A stretch of 63,965 bases of DNA, filler included, from Gonapodya sp. JEL0774 (GCA_027604505.1; 3 parts of 3 records of this genome joined end to end with filler, not necessarily neighbours in it); one strand, 5' to 3'. Shown: positions 39,901-53,629, counted from the whole stretch's first letter. Numbers and translations: made by a program. The notes: generated from the letters alone by a model not told the origin.

Positions 39901-42900
39901 ACTGGAGCTGCTGAGATTCGAAGAACTTCCCCTTTGCGTGTTGTCCACAATTTCCTCGCCAGATTGTCGCCGCGGAAATGCAGCGAAGCTCGTGGAAGGT
40001 GCGATTGGTGGAAGTTGGTCGATGCACACAAGGGGATCTTCCTTTGGGCTGTGATCTCTAGACCCCGATACTTCTTCGGCATTGACAGTCAGTGCCCCGT
40101 CCGTTTTGACAGGAGATGTTCCAAAATCTAAGGTATTGGAGAGGGGAAACAGTCGCAGTGGCTGCAAGGACGAAAACTCGTGAAGGTTGTTTCAGTCAGA
40201 CCTTCGCAGCTTGGAGAACAAACCTTCAAACCAGTCGGAGTTCGCGGCATGGCAGAGTTTTCACCTCCCAAGTTGCCCATGCTTCCACCTCCGCAATCAT
40301 AGCTCAGGCTTTTTCTATGCGAGAGCGTCCGACTGACTGCTCCCAATCCTGTACTTGATCCGTTGCGACCATCAAGAACGACTCGTCTTATTAAAGCCTG
40401 ATGGCCTCCCAGCTCTCCAAGGACATCGGAACCACCAATTCCAGTTTGTCCATTCATTGCCAAAGATGAGCCCTCTCTGCTTGGAGAAGGGTTCTGAACA
40501 TTCACAGTTAATAATACCCCATTCGTTGGAGGATTTTGATCTTGCAGAGCGAATACGGCCTGCGAATCCCGACTGCTGGAAAGTCTACCGGTGGATAGCT
40601 GCTGAGCAGAGGTGGCGAGCATCGTATTGGCCGAGTGCGGGGAGCCAGTCTGGGATGCTAAAGGCATTATAGCATGAGTCGCACTCGCGACAGAAGAATG
40701 TGCGGAACCAGATGGAGTACGCGGCGGTGTCCTGTTTCCCGGTGGTTGCGAGCCCTCGCTGAGGGGCTGTTTGTCGACCAGGCGATCCGAATGTACAAAA
40801 AGCTCAGCAGCGTGTTCCGATATTTGAGGAAAATCCGTCGTTGACGGAGAATCAAATGTCGTACTCTCAGGTACTCCATCAGGAAGCTTTTGTGATTCAT
40901 GTGATGGAGGAATGGATTGCTTCTGCTCGGAGCTACTTTCTCCCACGACCATGCTTTGTGGAGTCACAGATGCCAAGGGAGCGGTTTGAGCAAACGGATT
41001 CAGAAGTGCTGGCAAAGGAGGTGCTGCGGCTCTCAAGGAGTTGGAGCGGCGCTCCCGACGATGCAGATTCCCAGTCGGTGCAGCAAGTCTCGGCACACCA
41101 GTCGTCTGCTCGTTAGAAGTCTCTGACGAAGTCAAACCAGGAACGTCGGTCCTTTGGATGCCGGATGCATCGGGACACACCGGTGGACTGCCAGAGGTAG
41201 AGGGCAAAGCCAAGGAAATTGAAACCGTCACATGTTCAAGTCGGTCGCCTATGAGAGTGTCTCTTTCCTGAGTGTTTGGAGTAAAGACACTCGAATCGTC
41301 TGGCAGGGGACTCGCTGCCGCGGCAAACGCCGGTTGCACCACCGGGTGCTCGCCTGTTGTTGGAGAAGCTTTAGGGGTCAAGAATGGGTTGCTAAGCGGC
41401 GAAGCTGGGGACACTGGGGGATTGACCACGTGATCTCGCATAGGATTTGAGCCAGAGTTCGCGGACCTGCTTCGTTGTCGAGTTGGCTGTGGAATGAGCG
41501 ATACTGGTCGAGATCGTGCCTTTACATTGCCTACTACCGGTGCGATAGAAACCGCATTGGGGACCATTGGTAAAACGGGGTGTTCCTGGACGTTGTTCTG
41601 GTTGACCGCACGAGCAGCAATTCCATATGATGAGTCACCAGCGCTCGTGGGAGCATCACTTTGAATGTAATCGCTCCGAGATAGTGGAGATGCTTGATGT
41701 GCCACCGAATGTGTGTTTGGTCTGGCCATGCGCGGGTCCTCCGATACGGGATTTGTGGTCGCTGAGCCGGATCCTTGAGTAGAAGTCGATTCCGAATACT
41801 TGGCAGCGGGGCGAGCGAGGGATAACGAGGGAGATTTGGGTCTCGTAGAAGTGCGAGCGTGAGGAGGAACAATGGAAGGGCGAGTCGCAGAAACGGACCC
41901 AGTTGAATGCTGTCCAACACCTCCACTACTTTGCTGGCTCAGGGAGTGTGGTCGCATCGGCCCCCGGGTGATTGCTGTTGCTGAAGGTTGAATTCCCCCA
42001 CGTGCGATGCGAGGTTTAGTTCGGGTGTCTGAGGACGGAGGTCCTGTGTCAGAGCTAGCACGTTGGGGTGATGCACAGTCCGACGGGGAGGAGGCAGAAG
42101 CTGATTCATCTTGCGTTTGGCTATCTGTTCGAAGAACGGACCAAGGCCCAAGAGCGGGATACTGATCTGAATCCAAAATGGCTGTCGATGGCACATGGGC
42201 CTGTTGCAGGCGGTCAGGTGATGAACTTGGTGACGCGGACTGGCTCTGAGAGTGCGGTCGTGCCGCATTCTGAGTACCATTCCGAATTTGACAGGCCACG
42301 TGAGTTACGCTAGAAGACTAGGTTTTGATCGAAACGGAGGTGGTTCTCACCTCAACTTGGCCGCTGGAGTTGACAGGCACTCCTTGTTCTGTGGGGAACC
42401 GAGTGATGCCGGTGGCAGGCACCACGAGGAAACCGTTCCCTACCGGAATGACATTGACGGACCCAGGCGGGAGGATATTGGCATTTGCAGCAGAGAGCTG
42501 GCCACTAAATGCTTGATTCGGCACTTGTGCTGCTCCGCCGCCGTGAACTGCAGCGCTGGCCGAGAGTGCGGCTTGAATCACGGAGGAGAGGTCGGGTCCG
42601 GATGCGGTGGTAGGCACATAGGAGCCGGCTTGGTTCACGTATAACATTGGACTAGTAAAGGGTGGTTGAGCAATGTTCGAAAGATTCAGCGGAATATTGG
42701 TGAAAGGGGTCAAGTATGGGAAATTTGTCGTGGGGCTTGACGGACCTGGTGAAGGTTCCTGCCGTGCAATTGAAGGTGACCAATTGGGCTGAGCGCCGAA
42801 ACCAGTAAATGGAGAGCCGTTTTGAACAGGAACTGGGATTACACCGGATTGTTGCGGTGATAAGAAAGGGTTCGGTTGTAAAGCCGGCGAGAGTACGTTG

Positions 42901-43361
42901 TGTGGGTAGTTGGGCTGCGCAAATGTCGACGGAGGAGGTCCTTGCTGAAACGGTGCAGATGTGTATGCTGGTTGCTGCGCATTGTACTGTCCTTGAATCA
43001 TCCCTGATGTCCCGCGTGGTGGTTGGTGCTGCTGCATTTGTCGAAAATCCATTACAGGTTGGTATTGGACCGCTCCATCTATAGAGCTCATATTGGTCGC
43101 ATACGCGCCACCAGGGGTCGCTAGTCCATTTCCGATCGGCCCCATGGGCACTCCTCGACCCATCTCATGAGAAGGCTCACCCGATGCCTGTTGAGAGTGA
43201 GAGGCCGAGGATGGAGTGCTCGCAAGCGTTCGACTCCCATCAGACGACGTGGCAATACTAGAGGGCCCTATAGATGCCCAGAAAGCGTCGGATGGCAGAG
43301 GGGGAGTGCTATACTGATTGTGCTGACTGGAAATTGGACTTCCTCCCAGAGTATTAGACAT
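36946..43361 (-). CDS. RasGEF (CDC25 domain) + C-terminal PH domain with a very long disordered N-terminus; RalGPS-like architecture
   Basis: QLCLIDCALFSKIERSE, APNIVAM..FNKLALWVTAEIL, NDFHSAKAILGGLQSTPVWRLEKTW, VPFLGVYLLDLIYL; PH: RAANRSWTKVALVLRG..PADYTKRKNVFRV..LFQVDDTRDLDRWMQAI. Intron 42270-42350 joins the two 5' ORFs in frame. Confidence 0.88.
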
Positions 43362-43863
43362 GGAGACCTAGGACCGCAATCTCCCCCAGCGAGGACTCCT
43401 ACAAAGCAACGTTTCTTTTACACGCCGTGCGGTGTTCCAATCCGTGCATGTTCGCGCCCGAAGCGACCGATCGCACGAAGGTGGAGGAGGGCGATTTGAG
43501 AGGTATATCAGGACGATTCGCGGCCAGCTGTAAGACTCACATGGATCTTCCTTGACGTTCCAGGTACGACCTTAATTGCTGGAGATGTTCACCCGGCAAC
43601 GCGTGTTTCGGTGTGGGGGCAGTTCTTGGTGGGTGTGGGTGGGCAGTCACATTGACAAGGCCAGTAAATCTGAATCTGCCTTTGGTTGCTACTTGTACAG
43701 GAAAGAGCAACAAATCAACAACTCCAAACTATCTATGCATGCCGCGTGTTCCTGAACTCTGCTGGACGTCATCATCTGTGATCGTGCTAAGTATCCAATA
43801 TCCCACGCTGGCACCAATGTACAGCTCACGACAACTCATCGGCTGTATCACTGCACAGAATTA

Positions 43864-45120
43864 TCATCCATCATTAGTTATCGAGCAGAATGAGCACCTT
43901 CCTTGCAGCGACGGAGGCCTCTGACAGGCGGGCAATGAACACAGTGTTCTGCTGCAAATGTTGCAGGATTGCAAATTGAAATGAAACGCGTTACATAAAC
44001 AGTGGCTCTGGCCCAAGACACAATCTACACAGTTCGCCCGATGGGGGGCACAGAGTGGTCCTGATCCACAACCGAGCATCGAAATCCCTAACTTGTACCC
44101 TCACTGCAAGGTGGACATACTGCGGCATTACCGCATCCCAGGAAGCCACACGGTTGCCACAAAGTAGCACAAGCCGCACAAATTGAGCGCGTGGGCCTGC
44201 ATTGTTCAAACGCGCATGTTGGTGCACAGGTCAATGAAACGGACTGAAGGGGGCTTCCTCAAAAAATGCGCCACAAGAGACACATGTGGCCCTTAGAATG
44301 CATACATTGCAATGGGAGCCAATCGCGCCCTTGTCAGTTGCCGAAAAAATCGACCCTTCCTGATCTGAGTTGGGTGGCCGCACGTCGTCCCTTGACACAG
44401 CGGTCCTCTCACAGCTCGAACACAGCGCTGGCCGAAAACTTGATAGTTTCGGAAAGTATAGTTTCGGAAAGCCGGCTCGCAACAGTCTTTCGATTTTCCT
44501 GATCCTCCCCCTAGAAGCTTCCACTCTACCCGATATCTCAAGGTATTGAAGTGAGTATCCGTACAGCTGATGCGGCGAAAGTGAGTCTTCTGCAGTGCCC
44601 AAAGGTGGCAGGATCTTTGGAAGGATATTCATAAAGAGAATGTCTGAATCTAAATTGGTGCATGCCCTGAGTGATAACCGGGAAAGACCGGGAAGCTGGA
44701 GCGCCGGGACAACCTTCCAGAGCGATACCGCCGTACCTTCCAGAACCAGTTCGAGAATGTTAGCAGTGACGAGTGTCCGCGTGACTATGATTGTTAAGCA
44801 GCCGAATTACTCCTCGTCCACCCCGCGATCAAGTCGAGAACTCGGGCGTACTGTGGGTCATCTAAACGGCTACCAGCGTCCGAAAAATCTAGACGCTTCC
44901 AAAGTGCGGGGATTCTGAGAACGCGACGAACGGAAGAGCAGGAACCTGGGAGGTGGAGGATTGAAATGAAGGGAAGGAAAGAGGCGATCGAGGTAAGATA
45001 TTCGAGGGGAATACAGATGAGATTGGCGGAGTCCGGCGTCTTCGTAAGTATATATGTGGGAGTAAGTGCTGTTCGGATTTCACCTTGAAAAGGCTGTTCG
45101 ATCTGTCTGTGTTTGGGCAT
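43864..45120 (-). pseudogene. F-box protein with Cys-rich C-terminus, apparently disrupted (or spliced with tiny weak introns)
   Basis: LICIPLEYLTSIASFL..SCSSVRRVL..LWKRLDFS (F-box), LRR-like LSRLSLRACTNL, many CxxC motifs. Frame breaks at about 44794, 44250 and 44088-44070. Confidence 0.5.
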
Positions 45121-45197
45121 TCGCCGAAAAACAATAATTGTAGGAATGGACAGGTAGTTTGGAAGAGAGTACTTCAATAACAGGAAACTGGCAGAAG

Positions 45198-46453
45198 ATG
45201 GATCGCGGATCACTTGAGTGGGCGCTCCTGTGAGTTGATTCTTTCATCGAATGTCACCGAGACGTGCTCAAGTTACATAATCCGCCTTTATGCTGTAACC
45301 ATCGCAAATGACTGTTATTCTGGAACATCTTTGGAACGAATCGTCTACTTTGCGATTGGAATCATTGTGAATCAGGTACCTCGCAACTTCCCTCTCAATA
45401 ACCGTCCACAACAAACTTCTGCTCTCCCATATCAATTTTACGTTTCCATGGTCTCTCACGGCACTGCACTCATTTGCATCTTTTGCGGGGGCACGTTTTC
45501 TGAGTTGGCGTGGATCCTCAAATGGATCACCATCAAAGCAAAAGGTCACATTGACAATGCGCGATGAGCTGGTTCTCTTCGCATTCTCACTACTCTACAC
45601 CACGAACATCGCCATCTCGACAATATCTATGGGTATGGTGTCTCTTCCATTTCACCAAATCGTCCGCTCACTGGGACCCGTTTTGACGGTCGCAATCGAA
45701 TGGGCTTTGGGAGCTCCCCTCCCTTCACGCACAGTGCTCGCCTCTCTCGTTCCTGTTGTCCTCGGCGTTGCCCTCACGAGCCTCGGTGATATTGACTTTA
45801 CGGCCTGGGGTGCCTTTATGACCTTGCTCGGTGTCGTGCTGGCATGTTCCAAGGGAATCGCCACAAATAGACTTCTTGTCGGACCACGAGCGCTCAGCCA
45901 GCTTGAACTGCTTGAGCGAATGTCGGTCCTTTCCGTGCCTCAATGTATCGCGACAGCATGGTACCTCGACGAGCTCAGTGGCGTCAAATCTTGGGGACAA
46001 AATGCCATCCATTCTACTGAAACCTCCACTCTTATCACTCTCGCATCCGATTTGTCTATCCCTGCCCCCCCTCTACCATTACTTCACCTCTTAACCAACT
46101 CCCTCCTCGCCCTACTGACCAACCTCGCCTCCTTTGCCGCAAGTCGCCACCTCGGACCTCTCGCCGTCTCAGTCGCCGCAAACGTCAAACAAGTCGCCAC
46201 CGTGGCTGTGAGTGTGGTCTTGTTTGGATACAGGTTGAATATGTGGAATGGAGTGGGCGTGGTCGTGACCGTACTAGGGGGGATCTTGTACGCTTCCGCC
46301 AGCTCCACTGTGAAGGAGAGTCAGACGAAGGCAGAGGATGTCAAGGGAAGAGCGAACGGTTCCCCTTCAGATGACGATGTTCTGAACACAGCGGTGTCCA
46401 ATGGAGGAGGAATTCGAAAACGGGTGGTGGGACAAAAAAATGGATCGACGTAG
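45198..46453 (+). CDS. Triose-phosphate-translocator/nucleotide-sugar transporter family (SLC35E-like)
   Basis: MDRGSLEWALL|YLATSLSITVHNKLLL..FPWSLTALH (intron 45230-45375), LYTTNIAIS, VSLPFHQIVRS, GPLAVSVAANVKQ. Confidence 0.9.
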
Positions 46454-46938
46454 GTATAACAAGCCGCTTCGCACTTGACCTCGGGCCAGTGAAGACGCCG
46501 CAAGCAAGACAACGCGCGTTTGATGATGCAAATTATATCTTGGTGACTCCACTCGCGCATGGTGGTGTCGCTCTGCAGAATCATGGAGCACACCGATCAC
46601 GCAACTCCAGAGTACGGACCATAAGCACCACTCCAACGACAAAACTCTGGCAAACATTGTACAAATGCAAATGGGCAACTTTGTCTCAATCAGACTCTCA
46701 GATGTAATACTTGCATTAGATGTTGCGGTTGGCCCGCGCGAGTACCATAAAGTACCTATCATTCACCGCCCAATCCATGAATACACTACTACATTGACCC
46801 GTGCTCCAATAAATCATTCTCATAGTTTAGATTTACGAAACAGCTCCGTGACGGTCGCAGTGCAACGTGCCTGGATCTTAGATGAACACACGCTCTTGAT
46901 CACACTTCACACTGCACTATAACATACCAACTAAAGGT

Positions 46939-48047
46939 TCATTTTTTCTCCGTCACATCATACACCGCCTTCAACTTCCTATTCGTCCACTCTCCGGCTG
47001 TCACCACCTCATCGTCTGACCTCTCGGGATACCCGTTCGCCTCCAACCACCGACGGACCACAGGACTCGGTAAGCCCACCAGCTTGCAGTCGTGTTCAGG
47101 TCGCATAAAGTAGGCCATAACGTAACGGGTTTGAGCGCGCTGCGCCGGTGTGTCCGACACGACGCGGTGTAAGGTGGAGGCGAAGTAGCCTTCGGTCCTG
47201 ATGAGGATGGACATTGAAATTGAGAGAACAAAGATTCGGGTGCTACAGACACAACATTTTCCCACCAAAATTGCAAGCAATCTGATATGTTGATCAACAC
47301 AGCGGGAACACCATCCGCATCCGGCTTGGGTTCGATATCGACCCACTCTCCTTGCCAGTTCAGTTGAAGGCCTGGCTCTCCGTGCTGGATGAGCATCGTG
47401 AGAGAGCCATAGTCGCTGCAGTGGTTTAGGGTGAGAGATATCCCGAGAAAAGGCGTGAAACACATTTACAAAGAGCAAACCAAAAGGGGACACAGACGGG
47501 GACACAGACGTACCTGTGAGCACCAGTCCGAATAACGCCGTCCGATCCAGGTTTGACGGATTCCGGCACAGGCGCGTACTTAATCCACCGGAAAGAGTCC
47601 CTGGAAGGTACATTGCTATCACGCAGAAGCGAGTGACGACGTCAATATGGATCATACAAGATCACATAAACTGGTACTCGTCCACACTCACTATCGATGT
47701 CTTGTCACGAACCATTCATCGTCCTCGATTTCCAGGGCAGAGGCAAATATGCGAAGGAGGTCACAACCGAGATCGTACATTTGACGGGTGAAGGCTTGAA
47801 TCCTGTCTTGGCGTTCGACAATGTAGTCCGGCTGAGTCGGTGTGCAGAGTTGTTCTGAACTACTGGACCTCAGGACAGAGAATGACCCGAATGAGACTCA
47901 CCCACACCCTCGTCTTGTCGAATTCTCCCTCTCCCCACTTTCCCGGAACATTCATAAAATCATATCCGAAGTGAGTTCTGTCACCGTTGAAATTGGATGG
48001 GATGGACCCGCCCCGACGCTGAAGGAAGGCAGTTTCTACAAGAGGAT
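46939..48047 (-). CDS. 2-oxoglutarate/Fe(II) dioxygenase (IPNS/DIOX family), 5' part cut by the gap
   Basis: (H)SDYGSLTMLIQHGEPGLQL, VLINISDCLQFW, STLHRVV, RYVMAYF. Confidence 0.85.
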
Positions 48048-48147
48048 NNNNNNNNNNNNNNNNNNNNNNNNNNNNNNNNNNNNNNNNNNNNTTAATTAAT
48101 TAANNNNNNNNNNNNNNNNNNNNNNNNNNNNNNNNNNNNNNNNNNNN
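48048..48147. other. Artificial contig join/assembly gap
   Basis: N-run + TTAATTAATTAA + N-run, same design as 24254-24353. Confidence 0.98.
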
Positions 48148-50508
48148 GGCTACTTATTTCCGTCGCTGGTACCTCATTGTCTCTCTCAGCCAATTTCATT
48201 GCGGAGAACATTTATTAACCCGCCACATACATATTTGGAGTGTGACAGGAACAAATGTAAGTGCATAGTACCCCCACAAAACGCTAACTGAACCGGTAGT
48301 TGTGTGGCGTGACTTCCTGTCCACCTAAAAATCTTTAATGTAAAAGGATACAATTGCATTTAAGTGCTTCATTTTTGATACCTTGTTTTCACGACTTTCG
48401 TGATTTTGGTGTCGGTGCATTACAGTGTTTGGAGAGTTTCGCCTCTTTCAACATGTCGGTACATTCCCAGGGAGACAATCGGGGATACAGATGGATCGAA
48501 TCATTGCCACATTGTGCTGAGCTGGCATGTGAGCGCGTCCTTTTGTGGATGAACACGATGGACATTGGACATTGGAGCAGGCCATCCATGGACATCGAGC
48601 TCTATCTTTTCAGGAGCGAGTTTCTGAAGGCGCTTTTGAGTCCTGAACGACGGAACTCTGAACAAAGTGTAAGATTCTTGAAGTGAAGTACAGCATGAGA
48701 GCTTGTTCGTTGATTGAGGAACAGGAGTTGGATCCAGTGGATATTGTGAAATTCTCGCCGATGTGAGTGATCCCCCCCACATTGCCATTGCCGAGCCTCT
48801 CTCCAAAACAAACCAATTTTAAACAAGTGGTCGGGGAAGGCTGGAATCCGCATATTCCGTGCATCCCTCACTGCGGAGTCAGGGCCACAGAGCTGGGATT
48901 CCCGCTCGAACCAAGTTGACGCTAACGTAACGACTGTTGACCTTCCAGGCGCAAAACGCTAGCCAAAACAATGAAATTTGCGTTTCCGTGGTTCGAGAGT
49001 TTTTGCACCGGAGGCCCTCAATGAAATCAACCTATAGTCGTGAATAGGGCCATTCAATGAAGGCAACCAAGCCAATGAAACTGGTATGTCACTATCAACG
49101 TAGATGACCAGTGTACGTATGTTGCCAAAAGGGAGCAAGGAAATCGGGAAAGGAAACGTTTAGGTGTCTACACCCGAGACTACCCATCAGTTTAGAGAAG
49201 CTTATCTGTGGCCATCAACCTATCTACTTCGAAGAACTACTAGCACAAGGCAAAGGAGCTTATCACGTTCACGGACATATATTGCGTCAACATAGCTTTG
49301 GTTGAGCCAAGGTGGGGGAGGCACGTTTGAGCTCGCATTGATTGTGTGCTCAGCTGCAATTGGGCATGTTTTTTAAGCCTATCAGAGTGGCTATTGGTGG
49401 AATTCCGAATGATGCAGAGGCCAGAGGGCAGAGAGCGCTCCGTCCTTGAACCCAACCCCCCATCACCCACTGCGTTACCACTGTCCGGCCTACCCTCACT
49501 ACTTCAACTCCTCTACCTCCACCATGGACACCATGGGCGGCGGGCAACCTTGCTGCCCTCACCGTCTTCTCCTCCGTCATCACCCCATGCTTGGAGTATG
49601 ATCAGGAATGTCGCGAATGACAATGAAGCGCAGATACAAGGGTGCCCTTCATAATAACAGTGAACGAATCCCCTTCTAGAAACTCCGAGCACGGGACCTG
49701 ACGCGTCCACGTCGGAAATCGGCCAAAGGTTCATCAAACCTGAGGCAAAGATCGTGGGGGACAAGTTTCGGTTGAAATTTTTAAAATTTATAATGTGAAG
49801 TAGCTTTGTAGAGAGGAATTTTGTATACCATGATCGAACAGCCACCCAAAAACAGAATTCTGTTTCATTCATTTATTTTCGATACCCCATGCTTACCCCA
49901 AAAATGAGTAAATGGTGCAAAAGAACATGTCGAAATTCCAAAACATTTCGTTTTTGATGTTGAGGCTCAAGGGTGATGGCTCGGTCACTGCCTCTCCCTT
50001 CAAACCCCAAGTTTGAGCACTGTCGTCGCTTATCGCGACCACTCGGGTACCGATTTGCTTCCGACATCTGGGAATTTTTTGCTTGGAGAGGCCTTGCTTG
50101 TTTCCGAAGTTTTCAATTGGATCGGGCTGCTCTCCGTCTGCGTGTGGAGTCGTATGCCAGCACCCCTGGTGGCTCATCCGAGAAAAGCATCTGCACATCC
50201 GTAGACACACGGAGCTGGTACAGCTTTCCACACGTTGGAGAGAAGGAGATCGGACCTAGTAGGTACCGCTGAGCTGGTATGGCGGAGGCTACGAGAGTGA
50301 TGTAGGGGTTCTTCTTGGATGATGCTGATTTTTGTTGATTTTATGTTGCACGTTGCACACATGAGTGGGTTTCAAAATTGACTGAAATTGAATTATAATA
50401 GTGGGTTAATTTTGGCATTTGATTTTATTCATTTTTGGTGGCCGAAAAGGCTCACAGTCATAATGATAACGCATAACTTGTTACACAATCACGAACCCCC
50501 CGCCATTT

Positions 50509-50800
50509 TCATCTTTCTAAACCAGTTTCCCGCTCAACTTTTTCGGCTATCTGCCGTGGGTTTCTAGCTAATAGTTTGCCCAATTGCTTGTACCTGCGGG
50601 AGAACAAACTGCGGCTTCCATGAAGCAGTTTGCCACCACTGTATTGAAATATTGGCATATGGAAACAACAAATTACATTTCGATGTACAAAGCTTGGAGT
50701 AAAGTCCGAAAAAATCATAGAATTGATCGGAATGTCCGATCGCGAGATGATCGGCTGCTGTTTCCGATATAATTGCACCAAAATTTTTGAATACATCCCA
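50509..50800 (-). mobile_element. Possible highly degenerate Mutator/MULE transposase fragment
   Basis: YSKILVQLY..MIFSDF..VICCFH loosely resembles the MULE second-Asp and CxxH region, in a gene-poor, AT-richer stretch. No TIRs or TSD found. Confidence 0.2.
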
Positions 50801-50819
50801 CGTCCAATCTGGGGCCAAA

Positions 50820-52005
50820 ATGAAGGAGCATGACGGAAAATACGAGTCCCGACTCAAAGCGACGGATCCTCACGGTCGGAGAAGAGTAATCCTCATCACA
50901 GGTAACTGCGTGCGAAACAACCAACCCATGAGGCAACCGTAATAAAATTATTCACTGTCTCCAGGTGCCGCATCGGGCATGGGACGTGAGACCGCTCGAC
51001 TCTTCAGTGGTCGAGGATGGTTTGTTGTGGCAGTGGACGTCAATAACTCAAACTCGACGGACTCCCTCACGGGCCGATTGCGCTCAGGATTGAACGACCT
51101 GGAAGCAGAACTGGGATCGCAGAATGTGCACACGGCCTGTCTCGACGTATCTCACAAGGATGAATTCGATGCTCTTATTCGCGAACTCGAATCGCTGCTT
51201 CCTGGGAAAACTGGCTCGCCCAAAGCTGTTCTCGATGTTGTTTTTGCCAATGCTGGAATCGGTCGGGGAGGGATGTGGTCTGAGCAGCCATGGAAAGACC
51301 ACTTGGACGTAGTTGCTGTCAACTTTGTTGGAGTGATGGTCACCATCTACTCTTCATTGCGGCTAATGAAAAACGAGCGAGGTGGACTGGTTTTTTCGAC
51401 TAGCTCATCAAGTGCCATGGTGAGTGCCAGATGTCAGGGAACATGAAATCTAACATTTTATTTCTGATAATGAACTTAGTATGGGTCACCAGGAATCGCC
51501 ACGTATTCAGCCACCAAGCACGCAGTAAAGGGTCTTACTGAAGCGCTTTCCATTGAACTTGGAGCCTTTGGCATTCGTGTTGCAGATACACTCCCGGGCG
51601 CAATCGACACCCCTTTGCTGCCATCAGGCGTGGACGAGTCCACGTCAGCAGCGAACACCAGCAAGAGTCCATTCCGCCTTATGAAACCTTCAGCCATTGC
51701 GGAAGTGGTTTGGGCATCATGGGTCAATGATCCCAGGGGAACAGATGCATTAGGTGACACAACATACAACCGACTGCATTGGTATGTGCCGGAGGAGCTG
51801 CAGGTGAGACTGTGGACCTCAGTCGCACTATCGCTTTCTTTTCCGAACCTCACTGATAAATATCGTTTCATAGAGGGATATTGATGCAATTGTTAACACA
51901 AGGGGTGGCGCGGAGAAGATTCGGGAACAATACAGGAAGGCTTTTTGGCAACCTCAGACAAAGGGTGCGCGCAGATTAACTTCTAGTGAGAAAGGCAAAT
52001 TGTAA
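50820..52005 (+). CDS. Classical short-chain dehydrogenase/reductase, bacterial-like subfamily
   Basis: ILIT|GAASGMG, FANAGI, STSSSSA, YSATKHAVKGLTEALS (YxxxK), DTLPGAIDTP; three introns; reconstructed C-terminus EKGKL*. Confidence 0.92.
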
Positions 52006-52565
52006 AACGGAATCCGTCCTAGAATAGAATTGCCACCGAGTGTTCTGCTCGACTACAAGAGGACGTACCACACACTGACTTGGCATTCTCTCATAATACA
52101 GAATTCAGCTAAGGGGAACATTGAAGCCAAGTCTCCAACTTTTGTATAAAATGATAAATAGGAATTTGGAAGGGCCATGGAGTGACCCGAATACGGGATA
52201 AACAGAGCGGTGTGTGCACTGGGGAGACTGACCCAGGAGGTGAACCAGCCACTGGCCCACTGCCCGATTGCAAGGAACAGCACCTGCGCGTGACGTGCCA
52301 GAAGTAGCGAACCACGGTGGTGCGATTTTCCTATGGATATCGAGAAAGTATAATGGCTCTGGAGGATTACGGTATTAAAGGGAGTGGACTTTGCATTATC
52401 ACAAAAGACTGTCCTCGGAATTGAAGTGCTTCTAGGGGTTTTATGATGCGAATTAATTGCGGCGTCGCTGATTCCCAGGCAGACGGAACCGAGACGTGGT
52501 TGCGGATAAAAAAAGATTAAAACCGGAGTGCATCCAAAAACAGGCGAGGGTAACTCTGACTCTCA

Positions 52566-53440
52566 ATGCCGCTGTTGATCATATTTTCAGATTTCGACGG
52601 CACGATTAGTCGTGATGACCATGTCGTGGACCTTCTCGCTCTGTCTCTCGGATCGCGCTCAAAAGCTCGAGACGTCGCTCGTGAAATAATGCTGCCCGTA
52701 GCGCGACAGGCACGGACGTATCGGGAGGGATTCAATCTTATAGTCAAACTTGTTGAAGGAGTGGATGAGGAAACCGGATTGAAGGCTATGATCAAATGTA
52801 CGTTCGTTTTCTCCTGGCCCCCTGTGATCAACGTCAACGGATTGTAATAATCTCTACAGCTGTGGAAATCGACCCTACGTTTTGGGACTTCTACGCATTT
52901 TGTACGAATTACGACATACCGTTCACCATTCTCTCCTCTGGCTTTTCCAAGGTCATTGTTTCGGCATTGACCGCGAAAGGTCGCTCGACTGACATGACTC
53001 AGATCCTGGCGCCAACAGTTATCGGCTCAAAGTATCTGTACGACACGTCTTCCCGCCGGTGGACAGTACAGCATGTCGACAGTTCTTCTACGGGTCACGA
53101 CAAATCAGCTCAGATTCGAACCGCCCGTGCTGGTATGTCCGACCAAACAAGAGTGCCAATCTTGTACCTCGGAGATGGGTTGAATGACATTGGACCCGCT
53201 CTGGAGGCGGACATAGTTTTTGCAAAGCGGGGCTCGAGTTTGGATAAACAATGTGCGAGGCGTGGAATACAAAGGAGATCTTTTGATACCTTCGCAGAAG
53301 TTAAATTAGCACTGCTGGAGGGACTGATGGCTGTACGGAAAGCGTTGGCAGATTCCAAAAGCTCAGAACAAGCGCCGCCGCTGGTGGACATATGGCGTCG
53401 CGAATTATATAAAGATGAAAATACTTCGAGTAGATTGTGA
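52566..53440 (+). CDS. HAD-superfamily IB phosphatase (MtnX/YNL010W-like)
   Basis: Motif I FSDFDGTI, motif II ILSSG, motif III GHDKS, motif IV GDGLND..ADIVFAK; one intron at about 52798-52859. Confidence 0.9.
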
Positions 53441-53629
53441 ATCAATTTGTGCTAGAGATTGTGCAACTATTTTATCATTGGAAGTGTACTGCACAATGAG
53501 GACCAGCTGCAAACTTGTCAGCCTCACGTTGCACAAGAAGTGGGGCCGTCAAAGAAGCGCACAGAACACCAGCAAACATAGATCAAGTGATTTCGCGAAG
53601 ACTGGGCAATTCACCAAAGAATCTTGAGC

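Noticed and set aside
42318..42320. In-frame TAG between two long same-frame ORFs suggesting readthrough
   Set aside because: It lies inside a plausible 81-nt GTGAGA..CAG intron.
46939..53440. Metabolic cluster of dioxygenase, SDR and HAD phosphatase
   Set aside because: The dioxygenase is across an artificial join, and there is no backbone synthase or shared pathway evidence.
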